Shown piece after piece: positions 1 to 11,530 of a stretch of 64,000 bases of DNA. The DNA comes from Eukaryota sp. TZLM1-RC (lineage: Eukaryota > Protista > Metamonada: BaSk clade). Both the position numbers and the translations under genes were made by a program. The first letter of the stretch is position 1. Each line of letters opens with the position of its first letter. The notes below the pieces were generated by a model. The model saw nothing but the letters and a program-made list of their open reading frames with translations. It made no database searches and was not told the DNA's origin. The stretch spans positions 143,156-207,155 of the forward strand of contig JAUPSS010000007.1 of assembly GCA_040285825.1 (NCBI GenBank). The letters are read 5' to 3'.

Positions 1-133
1 CGAACCAATATGGTTTGTCTTTATTGGTTGTAATGACCTTTCAACTTGTATGACTTCAATTCCCATTGCGTTTATTTTTCTTTCGTGGGAATCAGAAGAG
101 GACTACATTTGGGCACTAGCTGCTTTAAAATAT

Positions 134-2234
134 GGGTCAGGGACACACCTACCCACTTTTTTGAAAAGTGAAACACACCTACCCACTGCTGAATTTTTTG
201 GTACTTCTGTACTCAATTGTTTTAAGGAAACTTATCCATCCCGATTTGTTTGATGATGTAATCATGTTTGTGTTTCTTAATTACTTGGTACGTTCACCAA
301 ACTCATCTCAAACATCAAATAAACCGTTTATGGACATGTTAAGCATACGATAAACCTCCCTAATCTCTATTGATCTTCAACTAAGTCATCCAATGCAGAA
401 GATTCTTCCGATTCACTCCAATCTGAATCATCGCTGCTGCCTTCTACACCAAACTGCTGGCGGACGAGTGTGAGTTCTGGAACTTCACTGTCTGGTATCT
501 CTCCTCCATCTCTTTGTTTCTTCTTTCTCTGCCCTTCTCCAGCTCGGAACCGTCGTTGACGTGGTCTTCCTCTTTGCCTTACAACTTGTGGTGCTTGAGT
601 TTCTGTCTCTTTTAGTTCATTACTTAGGTCTACTGGCATAATTCCCTCCTCGTAAGTTCTGGCATAATTCTCTCTCAAATAATAAAGGTTCACTGCACTC
701 ACTATGTTTTTGTCCATATATAAAAGTACTGCCACCGCATGAACACAAGGGTATCCATATTGGTCCCAAAATCCACATGAACAACATTGTTTGCTCAAAT
801 CCACCAACCATGATTTTTCATGCTGTGTAACCTTCAGCACTGAACCTTCCCCTCCCCTGGAAATTGTCACAACTTCTCAACTGCGAGCTTCAACAACAGT
901 GCTCTTCAACTTTGCCCACAATGATTTGCAAACAATGGATGTTGTGTTCATCGCTTCAGTTCTTCTTTCCTCAAACCATTTTTTCAGTTTCAAGCAAATT
1001 TCGTTGATCATACTAACAAGAGGCATACCTCTTGCTCCAAGAAGCCAAGCATTCAAGCTTTCAACTACATTGGACGTCAAATGTCCGTAACGGAGTCCTT
1101 CGAAATAACAGGTTGCCCAATGATGTTTTCCAGCCTTTATCAGTTTCTCATACACTGGTTTTGATTGACAACGGATTTCATTCATTATGAGATCAAATTC
1201 GTCAGTTGTTGTAGCTCTAGCTGCACTCCAAATAAATCATGTGAACCTCGCCCCCATATTTTTGGTCAAATGGCGAACACAAAAAGCGTAGCAACCGCAT
1301 CGCAAAGTCCTTTTTCTCTGTCGGAAACAATGGTGTTGATATCTGAACCATATGCATCACGAAAACGTTGACAAAACCAGGTCCAGTTGTCTTTGTTTTC
1401 AGTCGACACTACTGCAAAGGCCAGTGGAAACAAATGGTCCTCTGCATTAATGGACGTGGATGTCAACAACACTTGTTTATGTTTGGTTTTCAAGTGCGTC
1501 CCATCCAGAACAACCATTGAACGACAAAATGCAAATCCCTTGATTGTACCTTGCAGCGCTATGAAGAGTCGTCTAAAAATGTCAGTTGTATCCTTTTCAA
1601 GATCAATAACACTTCCGGGGTTTCTTTGACTTAAAAGTTCCAAGTAGTGGTCAAGTTTTTTGTAGCTTGATTCTTCAGTTCCATAAAGACTGGTTTTAAT
1701 CGTGTTCCGTACCCGCTTAACAGTGTGCTTGGGAAGTATAAATCCAGCCGCTGTGTTTAAATCCACTTTCAAATGCTTGGAGCTGATGGCAGGATCTTTT
1801 TGGATTTTTGTACGAATGGATGTCAAAGAGGCAAGGTAATCTGTGGAAGGAGGAAGAATCTTGTAGGAAGAAGTTAGATTACCATCACAGGAATGAGCTT
1901 TATACCGCTTAACCTCATAAGGAGTTGTTGTAGAAGCGGATTTAGGTCGTGTAGCATAGCATTCAAACGTACATCTTTTATTTTTGCAACGAGCATAAAT
2001 TCTTGTATGTTCAGACTTTTTGTAGACACAATAGGCACTGCTCTGGACACAATCTAGCCGAATCAGTTCCTTTATGATTTCCATCGAAGCCAGGGAACCG
2101 ATTTTCAAGAGATAATCGGTGTTGTTATGTTTGAGAGTTATAGTTGATTCAGCAACAACGGAAGAGGTTGTTGTCATGTCCAATCTGCAAAGAAGTCCTA
2201 TCAGTAAAAAAGTGGGTAGATGTGTACTTTTCCC
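134..2234 (-). mobile_element. Mutator/MULE DNA transposon with ~29-bp imperfect TIRs and 9-bp TSD
   Basis: Left end GGGTCAGGGACACACCTACCCACTTTTTT versus reverse complement of right end GGGAAAAGTACACATCTACCCACTTTTTT. Flanks are TTAAAATAT (125-133) and TGAAAATAT (2235-2243). Confidence 0.9.
367..2183 (-). pseudogene. MuDR-type transposase (MULE DDE + SWIM finger + AT-hook-like motif), disrupted
   Basis: Motifs LDGTHLK, SDREKGL, CVRHL, TSNVVESLN, CSCGFWDQYGYPCVHAVAV and RGRPR lie across ORFs 1266-2183, 877-1185 and 367-870. There is a frameshifting deletion near 1285 and two in-frame stops. Confidence 0.9.
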
Positions 2235-2429
2235 TGAAAATATTTATTTCCATCTCTGTCTCACACAGAAACTTTTTTGACAGATCGTGAACCAGCATTG
2301 GCGACTGCAATCGGGACAATTTTTCCATCTGCCAAACATCGACTTTGTCTCTGGCATATCAACAAAAATGTTGAAACTCAATTGAGAAGGTACGTACGTG
2401 ATAACTCGTTGGAAAAGAAGGCACTCAAA

Positions 2430-3425
2430 CGGGCGTCTAGCGAGCAAATTTCCAGTGTTTCCAATGCTTTTGTTGTTTGGAGCGGGGGCTGCTTTTTGGC
2501 AGGATGGGCAGCTTTCAACGTGGTGCTTTAGGTCTTCTAGCATGTTGGGCCACCAAAAGTCACTGTGTTTTAATCTTTTCAGTGAATCTTTCTTGGACGG
2601 CTGTCCGGCACTTGGCAGTCCGTGACTGTGGTTAAGAATTTCTTTCCTGGAGGATTTGGGTGTGATAATTTTGTTTTCGGCGTTGAATAGTAAATTTAGT
2701 TTCTCATTTGATCTTAGCTCGTTTCTGGCTCTCAGTTCATCTGCGATTCTTCTGAATTCGTCATCTTCTTCGTCTTTCTGGGCTTTGACAAACTTAGATA
2801 ACCAATTTTCTTCATCATTATAGTTGGCTTTTAGGTTCTTCACTTCTTGTACCAATCCGGGATGGGATAGGTGGCATAGTAATGACCAGTAGTTTCTTTG
2901 ATGTTTCGGGGTATAATCGTTTTAGGGTCAGGCACTTCTTCGGACGGTCTAGCTTCTTCGTCGTGAGAGCTTTTCTCTTCTTCAGCTTCTCGGGTTCTTC
3001 TAAGAATTTCTTCGTTGTCAAAAGCGGTTCTTGGTCTTAAACTTTTGTATCATCGGAGTGTCTTCTTCTACCATACTTGTCTTTCTGAAACTTTCAATGT
3101 TTTTTAATACCGAGTCTAAGGTTAATCTACCAGGTCGCCTGGGGCAATCAGCGTCAACCAACCCTCTAGACGACGCATCGAGTGGAGAACTAATTCTCCT
3201 CAGCGAAGACGGCCTTTTTACGGTAGGGAAAGGAGCTTTCCTCTGGAAAGATTTCTTGGAAACGGGTTTTAAAACTTTTAGAGTTTCTTCAGGTTTTTTG
3301 ATATCCGTTGGCACTAATCGTGATAATAAGTCGGCGAAAGCGTTTTCTTTACCATCTACATGGTGAATTTCTTGATCAAATGAGGCTAGCAGGGGAATCC
3401 ATCTTTTTACGATTCTATTGTTTTC
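2430..3425 (-). mobile_element. Ty3/gypsy pol fragment: RNase H end, long linker, integrase zinc-binding domain
   Basis: RWIPLLASFDQEIHHVDGKENAFADLLSR at ~3320-3405, then ILNHSHGLPSAG..FWWPNMLEDLKHHVESCPSCQK at ~2495-2640. The RH-then-IN order is gypsy-type. Confidence 0.85.
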
Positions 3426-3429
3426 AGGT

Positions 3430-4020
3430 GCTGCGTCCAGCTACCTGTATTAAAGGTTGACAAAACTGACTTCCTTCAATTGATCCACCAAATGCAATGA
3501 AAGGACGCTTGAAAGAGTTGTTAGGTTCTTTTTCCAACACACAGCTGGTTCCAGGGTTGATGTCCTCAAATCTCCAGTTTTAGAGAAACCTTGTGTCTTG
3601 CAACATCAACAAGAGCGTCGGCGTACTTACGGAGTGTCTTGGAATTGATAGGCTTCATTTTGCCATAACACCGAGTCAGTTCAGAATCAACGAATGAGAA
3701 TGGTTTAAGTTCAGTCATTACCCAGTCCATCCAAGCATAGATATTCTTGGCTTTATTTTCTTGAAAGTAGTTCGTAATGGATTTGTTGCTTTGAGACAGT
3801 AGTTGAGACGTTAAAGTATGGAAATCTGGAAGCGCAGTTCTGATGTGGGAAAGCAAGTTGGAAAATCCAGCACCTTTTTCCAAACGCCTAGTAGTAGAAC
3901 AGTTTGGCACTTGACACTCCCAGACCTTCAATGTTATTCCTCTAGGAGAAGAAGGAAGTTCTCCAAACACGGGTTGTTCACGTTTAAAGAGTGTAGTGGC
4001 TACCACTTTGTTTGAAACTG
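3430..4020 (-). pseudogene. hAT-like transposase N-terminal fragment with BED-type zinc finger
   Basis: WECQVPNCSTTRRLEKGAGFSNLLSHI, followed by NIYAWMDWVMTELKPFSFVDSELTR. Confidence 0.7.
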
Positions 4021-4194
4021 TATGGATTGTCGGAAATCAGTGCTTGTCCAAATCCTCCCTCTGACCTTCCTAAACGAAAACCACAGCGAAAGCGCTTACA
4101 CGATCTTTCTCCACTACTCGCCTACTAAGAAATTATGTGATGGCAATCTTGTTCAACTTTTTTCATAGTCAGCAAAAATTGAAGTGGATCACAG

Positions 4195-4935
4195 GTGATG
4201 ACGTGGCACTAGTTTCAATTCTGCAAAAATAATATAGGATACGGAAATGACCATCTTCTTTTACAGACATGGAATCGTGAGGTGTAGACACTACAGTCTT
4301 CTATTTTATAACATTATATCGGTTCTAGTTATTTATTGTTCAAACTGCTATTGATATGGTCTTAGAAGATTAATAAAATGATACAAGTTCGTCTGATGAA
4401 GGAGTAATGGAAAGTTAGTGGACGTAGATGGTTACTAGACAGTTAGGGAAGCGTTTGCAACGGATCATCTTGGTTATGATTGTGAAAATGAGTTGGGATT
4501 TTAAGTTCTTAGTTTTATATATTATTGAATTGATAAATAGCAGCTTTTAATAAATACGTTTTTATAATTCAGTTTCAATTTAATGTGCTATTCAACACGA
4601 ACAAAATTTGTAATATTTAATGTTTCGGAAACACAACGCGTTTCGTGCAACACTAAAAAAACTTTCTCTGAAACAATAATTAAAGTCAATTCCTGTACAC
4701 TATAGAGTTTTCAATCATTCATTTTAACAATCTTCACAATGGTTTCATACACCAAAAATTCAGAAGCATTGTTCATCATTATGAATCCTCAGCACGCTTT
4801 ATCTACATTCATGTCTCCTTCTGATCAGGGAAGATTAACCTGGCAGTATATTGCAAGTTGTGGGGTATTAAGATGGTGTCAGATGTTGCATAACAGCAAA
4901 TCATGTGTGATGACGTGGCACTAGTTTTAATTCTG
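4195..4935 (+). repeat. 29-bp direct repeat pair (4195-4223 and 4907-4935)
   Basis: GTGATGACGTGGCACTAGTTT(C/T)AATTCTG, one mismatch between the copies. Confidence 0.85.
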
Positions 4936-5059
4936 ATTATTGTTCATTAATAAAGATTTATTCCTTTGATCTGTACTGTGATTTGCAAAATTCACGGATT
5001 TCAAACAAATCCAATTCACACACACAAAATTCTTCTTCTTGCTTTAGGGGTTATGGGTT

Positions 5060-5465
5060 TGAAGTATGATATGCTTCTCAACCCTTAAACTGATATACGT
5101 ATTCTAAAGAACCATGCAACCGAAGATACTCAAGTCGGAGCCATTTATACATACTTATGGATTGACAAGACACAATCAGAAGTGGCTGAGTTCTTCCTTG
5201 TGTCTCAGTCTAAAATCTTGAGGTTGCTGGAAAGAGTTTTTTCTTCTCACAAATCAAAGTCCAAATATCTATGTGTTACAAGCAAATTCCGTGTGTCGCC
5301 ACAATCAATGTAAATGTTTATCTACATTGTCACATTCAAGAAGGACATTTTAACATAGATTCCTTCATCTATTTTATCAAATCACTGAAAAAGTTTGAAT
5401 TTTGCTACAATCATGGTGGTCCCAGAAGGATAGTTCTGGAAAATTGTACCAGTCCCCATATATGA
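5060..5465 (+). pseudogene. IS630/Tc1-like transposase remnant
   Basis: The N-terminal part (HATEDTQVGAIYTYLWIDKTQSEVAEFFLVSQSKI) resembles the HTH ORF at 61656. The downstream part FNIDSFIYFIKSL..GPRRIVLENC resembles the second DDE motif (IVLDN). Confidence 0.6.
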
Positions 5466-5619
5466 ATTCATGTTTATTGTCACAATTGGGATAAAGGTTA
5501 TTGATTAACTATTACTTGAATGCACTATTCTGTAGCATAGCTTTAGATTCCGGAATTTTCATTATTCCCAGAATTTTCAAAGAAAACTTTCAAAATTAAA
5601 AAAAAGGAGATACTTCAGG

Positions 5620-6578
5620 AGCTTACAGAACTGTCCTAAATGACACAATGAAGAAATGGATCACGGGTGCAGATAAAGGCCAGGTTGCTTTTTGTGTAAA
5701 AGTAAACCATCGGAATATCAACAAGGCTAAATACAATACTTTTATCGACGAACAGAACGAAATTGTAACTAATAAAGTCACTGTAGATGATCTTAAAGAA
5801 GCTAACTTAAATCTATATGCTGTACAAAAATAACGTAATATATAGGTCTTGTCAATGAATCTTCCAATTGTACCAAGTTCAGGGATCATGTTTTCAGATG
5901 TGATCGTGTTGGTGCTGTCGTCAAAGCTGAAATGTCAATTAGGGAATATAAAACAAATTTGGGAAAGCATACAACACAACTTAACATTTACAATTTGATG
6001 TTTTGTGAACAATACATTGAAGAATTGGAAACCAGCTTTGATACTATTGTGAAAAAGAAGTTATATTTCTTGAAAAATTCTGACATCGTGATAGCTAGGT
6101 TGCTCAATGGAAATCTTCATGAAAGAAACATACTACTCTTCAGTAAATATCAGCACTTAATGTTGAGCTATTTTGACAAGTTTTCTCTATCTGAAGTACT
6201 TAAGGAAGAATACATGCACTTTACAACCAGTAATCTTGATCAAAATATTGCCCCCAGTGTTTGGTGGTCTACTGTTGGATTTGGTTATTTTTCTCGACTG
6301 GGTGAGCTTGCAGCCAGAATCACCCAAGCTTCTGTTACTGATTCATTTACGGAACGTGTTTGGACAAGAGAAGGTCTCCAATGAAGCATGAACACCTAAA
6401 TCATGCCGTCAACTTGACTGTAAATCTTCCGCTAATGAATCAACCACAAAAATTGTTATCTATGGGAGAAGTACAAGCATTGATGGATAATGAGTTACAG
6501 AGAAGTGTTGAGAAATCACAAGAATGGTTCGAAGAAAAGTTAGCACACAATGATGGTATTGAAGAATGCTTTTGGTAG
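5620..6578 (+). pseudogene. hAT-like transposase remnant with C-terminal dimerisation domain
   Basis: VWWSTVGFGYFSRLGELAARITQASVTDSFTERVWT fits the hATC pattern WW..L..LA.RI....S...ER.(F/W)S. The ORFs are fragmented. Confidence 0.65.
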
Positions 6579-6742
6579 AGCCGTGCGATGCGTCCTGTCG
6601 ACCGTTCCTATCTAACCTCGCTGTTCATGGAAGATGCGTGTATGTTTTTGAGCGAATTTCAAGACGTATCAGTCTGTAAGTTATAGCACTAACGTAACCC
6701 TTGTATCCCGTATCAATGACTAATTGATTCCTGATTTCAAAA

Positions 6743-6829
6743 TGTTGGCGCCCAAAGGCCCAAAGGCTTATATAATATGATTAGAAAATAAATCAGACTT
6801 CTCTTTACTGCAATAGACTTTAGGCAACA
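6743..6829 (+). mobile_element. 5' LTR (87 bp) of an LTR retrotransposon
   Basis: TGTTG...CAACA termini and an internal TATATAA. Homologous to 21558-21636 and to the solo copy at 53807-53915. Confidence 0.8.
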
Positions 6830-6919
6830 ATAATTATTGGCCATTTTAAAGTCAAAGGGTATACCATAACTTCAGCACTTTACTAGTAAACATCCCCAGA
6901 AACCAGAAACCTTTACAGC

Positions 6920-7540
6920 ATGTCAGACATCTTTCAGCAAGATATCTTTGACCCCAATTCCTCACCTAACATGCAGCAACAGGAACCAGAAACACATACA
7001 CATATACATAATATAGAGAGTAACGAGGCAACGGACCGGGATCCCACCTCCCCCTCCCTTAAAGTAGAAGATGAAAGAGTGGACAAGGTCCCTCCATCTT
7101 CAGCAATGGAAGAGGCAACGAGAACGGACCCGGCTCCCTCTCCCCTCAAGTATACAGAATTGTCCTGGGAGGCAACGAGAACGGACCCGTATCCCTCTCC
7201 CCTCCCAATTATAGAACCTGTCTTAAAGGGAACGGATGGAAATCCCACCTTAGACACGTCTTCCCCACTAGGAAAGTCTGAAGAAATTCAATCTCAATTA
7301 GATGAGATGGAAGGAGAAGACGACTCCAGTGATGGATTCTACAAACTCTTAACAAGGACGCGGAGCCTTACCTCGAATCAATGGACTTATCTCCATTCGA
7401 GAAGCTCCCTCCTTTATGGAACCAAACACACAAAAAGTCGACTACATACGAGGTTACGAGTAAAGATTCCACCTCCACTGTTATTGTACTACAATGCAAA
7501 GATACGGTTCTTGCTCCTCTGATATTTTTAGTCGTAAAGC
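6920..7540 (+). pseudogene. gag-like ORF remnant downstream of the short LTR, with EATRTDPxPSPL repeats
   Basis: Starts 90 bp after the LTR, and the same start (MSDIFQ) follows the LTR at 21558. Three proline-rich repeats lie at ~7025-7205. After a frameshift a DLSPFE motif is shared with 21160. Confidence 0.6.
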
Positions 7541-7839
7541 CAGTACATTAACAACAGAAGACGCCGCCTTAAGGTTTCTGAGGTTTGTTACTTTGCTTAC
7601 TGTTGTTCTTGATCCAACATAGACCCTGCATGAATACTAGCGAATCCATTCTTCGATTCCATGATTCCTTTACTAAACGACACTACCACGTTACTCGTTT
7701 ACGAAAAAGGGAAGAAGCAGAGCGTCTTCATGTAGCGATTAAAACATACACAACAATGTGTTTAAAGTATTCAAAGTATTCAATGTTTGGTCAGCATCCG
7801 TAGTACTACAAATACCTGTTCACCCAAAAATAAAGATAA

Positions 7840-8405
7840 TGTTGCCAAATTTTGATATACTGTAAAAACCCAAATACAATCAAGTGTTAGAATCCCTCAG
7901 AATTCCATTGAATTCCAGTAATCTTTGGAGAAAATTAATGATTTGATTGAAGAAAAATCAAATTTGATTAAATAAGAAGTAGGTGTTGGTTTGAATTACT
8001 ATATCTTAGATTTATTTGATGAAGCAACAAAATTGCTTTTGATGTGACTGTTGTTGGAGGCAACAGCCATGATCCAAATGATGCATTCCATTTTGCCAAT
8101 AAAAAGAAAACACACAAATATCAGGTTTTAAAAGAAAGGAAATTGGTTTCTGAAATCATTCCGCTTGTTTTTTCAATTCATGGTGGAGTATTTGATAAAC
8201 AGCGGAATTATTGAAGAAATTAAATTAATCTTTTCTACTACCAATTATTAAGCGTGTAATTGGCAAAGGAAGTGTACGTTGTAGTGTGGGCAACGTACAT
8301 TCTGAACCCTGAACAAGTGAGAATGCAGAATTGGATCCAGGAAGGTTAATAGTATTGTGTCTTGTTAGTTTACTTTATCATAAGTAAGTTTTATTACAAT
8401 AAAAG
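7840..8405 (+). mobile_element. Non-LTR retrotransposon 3' remnant (RLE endonuclease, family F)
   Basis: KIAFDVTVVGG...KKKTHKYQ...IIPLVFSIHGG, followed by AATAAA near 8400. Paralogue at 21855. Confidence 0.7.
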
Positions 8406-8409
8406 CCAC

Positions 8410-8735
8410 TTCATAGACATTGGATGACACATTTTGTTCTAAGTGATGGAGATATTGATTATCATGATATTATAAGACAACTTCAGGTTTTTTTTGACAA
8501 AAATGGTTTAAATTTAAATGTTATGAAAACTAAAATCCATACAGTCGATAAAGATTTTATTTGTATGGGTACAGCTATCGGTTCTTCTGAATTTGAAAAT
8601 TTCAATTTTTTGGCTGATAAGATTGATTCAGAACTTATTCCAAAAACAAATTTATTAGCGAAACTACCACTTGAAAATCATTTTTCATTATTTGGTTATT
8701 GCAATAATTCAATTTTTTATGTACTGGGCACGTAA
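8410..8735 (+). mobile_element. Non-LTR RT C-terminal remnant
   Basis: LDD followed by GLNLNVMKTK and MGTAIGS. Similar to the RT tail at 11270-11520. Confidence 0.65.
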
Positions 8736-9429
8736 AGTTCAAGCATTTCATTCTATCGTTCCATTTACTCGTTGGAAGAATGAATTTTTTGAATAAATGT
8801 TTAAGTTTACCAAATGGTGATGATGTTTCATCGACATTCTTGTTGAAACACTGTGTCAGTTTCCAAGAAGCTCCAAGACCAATTGCAGGAAAGCGAGATT
8901 GATTCAATCATCATTCCTGCATTAAAATCGACTGATTCCAATAGAAAACCATCTATTTCACAAGCAGCACTACTCATTCCATTCAAAAACCCGTACAATA
9001 ATAGCGGTAGATGCGGGTGTGATTATCTGTGATGTGTATGTTTGTTTGATGATGTTTGGGTTTTACGCAAGGACTATCCACAAACACTCAGCACAGACAG
9101 AAATATGATAAGCTTTTCTCTAACAAAGAACGACCAATCTCAACCAGCTTCAGAAACGATATTCTACCAGAACCCAAATGATCCTGCCCATAAAGATCAG
9201 ATGAATTTATGAATGTCTCTGAAAAGTCCAGTCGATGACAACCATTTAAAGGAAATTGTCTCCAATATTTTCAGAACTAACAAATTAATTTAATGTAAAA
9301 TTTGTAATCTCTTTTGAATGTTTGGTCAGTTGTGTCAATCAATTAGATTCACAGAACAATTGAGTAATAAATCAAACTTAGTTAATAATTTTGGGCACTC
9401 CACATTCAAAGATCAATTAAATGAATTGG

Positions 9430-11530
9430 GATAAAGACTAAGCCTGGATCAAATAAGGGATGAGGAACGCCTAGTCGGGCTACTCGAAAAAACCAGGTAT
9501 TCAGTGGACTACCTCACCCGGATGGAGTTGATTGTCAGCCGATGACACAGTAAAGGAATGTTAAACAATGCCTTCGCTGATTATGAATTCATACGAAACC
9601 CTGCTTCATTAAGTGGGCCTGTCGCAGGTGGCTCGGATGATTCTTTTCTCTCAAACTATCCATTTTTCGTGTTCGATTATCCATCAGATAAATTGATGGA
9701 AAAAAATAGAAGTTTTGTTAAATATGAACAAAAGAAATGATGGATTACCATGATTTAGATTGCGGTGTATCTAATCACGTGATTTCTTCCAATCAACAAG
9801 ACAGCCTGCAACAAGAACCTTCAAAACTATCCCAAATTGGAAAAGATTCATCCTTGACCCCAATACAACGTAAGACCCAATATAACAAAATTAGAAAATC
9901 ATTGGGTTATTCAAATTCATTAAGAAACAGTCAGAGATTTCCGATTCCGGCCGAACATTCATCAAAGAGGAGTCGACGTAGGTTTGAACTGCCTCAGGAA
10001 CCCAGAGATTTTCAAAATCTTGTTGCACCTAAATCTTCTGTTTCAACTGTTAATGAATTTGAAAAAAATGATGTGATTCGGGGGAAAGAAGAAAAAGGTT
10101 AAAAAGAAACCTTTTATTGATGATCCTGTCCTTAATCAAAAAGTTAGTACCTCTAATCGCCCTCTTATTTGTTCAATTGATATTGAAACCAAGAAAATTG
10201 GTGTTGAAAAAACCAAGAAAAAAGATATTAATGAAGCTTTAGACAATTTGCGAGCTCAACAAAAGCAATCACAGTCAGATCGACGTCGCCATTTGACTGA
10301 TGATGAGCAATTGTTGGAACAACAGGTTTTTTTAGAACGGCAAAAAATTTTAATGATTTCTATGATTTTATTTGAAATTGACCACAACGGGGATACTATT
10401 TTCCATTCCTCGAGAATAAATTATGTTGCTAAATTAGAGGGAACGAGACGAGTATTATCATGGACCAATGATAACAAACCAGTTTTTGATGTCTCATTGA
10501 ATAGATTTGATCATGAACAAGATCTATTGAAGTCATTTGCAGAATTCACTTATGATAAACAATTGTTGGTTTCTTAGGCCATAATATTTTTAATTTTGAT
10601 TTACCTGTGTTGGCTGTGCGATTATCACATTTTGGAATCGCTTTTCCAATTTTTTCCCAAAGAATTGGTCTAAATGAATTATATCTTCATCGACGTTGGA
10701 GAGAAGTAATTCAGTTTTATGAAAATTTCACTATTTTGGACAATTTTTTGTTTGCCAGAAAATTCATTAAAATTAGATATGGAGCTTCATTGAACAATTG
10801 ACCATTTACTTGCTGAAACAAAACTTAAACTTCATGATGAGTTTAAAAATTTATTACCTATTGATAGCCTCTATTCAAAGAAGGCCTTGAGAACATTAGG
10901 ATCTTATTGTCTTCAGGATGCAATTCTTGTTTTCAAATTATTTATTCTATTCCAAAGGGATAAAATAATGGTGATAAAGCCATTTTCCAATCTTTAAGTG
11001 AACATCCTGAATTGAATTTTTTGGTTCGTTTTTTCAGGTTGTCATATAGAGAAGAGTCATTGTGGTTAGTTCCTGGTTACAATTATCCTCTCATCTCATC
11101 AACAGGTATAAAGCAAGGAGATCCTGCGTCTCCTTTCTTTAGCAACATTGCCTGTGTAATCCTATTACCATGAAGTATTGAATAATGAAACATATGCCTA
11201 CCTGGACGAAGCTTACTTGTGTTTAAACAATGCTTCTGATCTTTCAGTTGAGTTTTCAAAAATTAATCTCACTTTGAACAAAAAAAGACCAAATTTTTTC
11301 GATGTGGTGACCCAGTTTTCGTGATAATGACTTTAAAACAATGGTTTTAAAGCCATGGTTCTTTTATCGGTAGTATTGCTGGACAAGAACCTCTATTAAA
11401 CGATTATGTTGAAACCAAAGTATTACCTTTGCTTGATCATCTCCATGGTTTGCCCCTGTAAACAAAGATATTATTCATTCGTTATTGCATCAACAGCAAA
11501 GTACTGTATTTTTTACCTTCTGTGGCCTTC
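9430..11530 (+). mobile_element. Decayed non-LTR retrotransposon: GC-richer leader, disordered N-terminus, PolB-type 3'-5' exonuclease, RT motifs
   Basis: One frameshifted reading path runs from 9558 to ~11520. The exonuclease motifs are at 10179-10919. RT motifs GIKQGDPASP (11105-11134) and YAYLDE (11193-11210) follow, then GSFIGS and RYCINSK. Confidence 0.7.
10158..10945 (+). pseudogene. DEDDy 3'-5' exonuclease domain of the family-B DNA polymerase type (two frameshifts)
   Basis: ExoI RPLICSIDIET (D at 10179), KILMIS and FDHEQDLLKSF; ExoII LGHNIFNFDLPVLAVR (10574-10621) and LDNFLFARKFIKIRYGASLN; ExoIII LGSYCLQDAILVFKL (YCLQD 10905-10919). Confidence 0.85.

Larger units (their letters stand above)
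1..2430 (+). pseudogene. Outer Mutator/MULE transposase fragment, split by a nested MULE (134-2234)
   Basis: The left part encodes SIPIAFIFLSWESEEDYIWALAALK and the right part TDREPALATAIGTIFPSAKHRLCLWHINKN (MULE D..CxxH motifs). Removing 134-2243 rejoins them in frame (ALAALKYLFPSLSHTETFLTDREPAL). Truncated at ~2430. Confidence 0.85.

Noticed and set aside
4195-4935. Helitron 3' ends (CTAG|T) at the 29-bp repeats
   Set aside because: The upstream hairpins are only 4-5 bp, similarity continues past CTAG, and no RepHel sequence is seen.
10158-10945. Host DNA polymerase delta/zeta gene or Polinton PolB
   Set aside because: No polymerase motifs (SLYPS, KxxxNSxYG, YGDTDS) follow, and RT motifs come next. 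It is kept only as the alternative hypothesis for the top finding.
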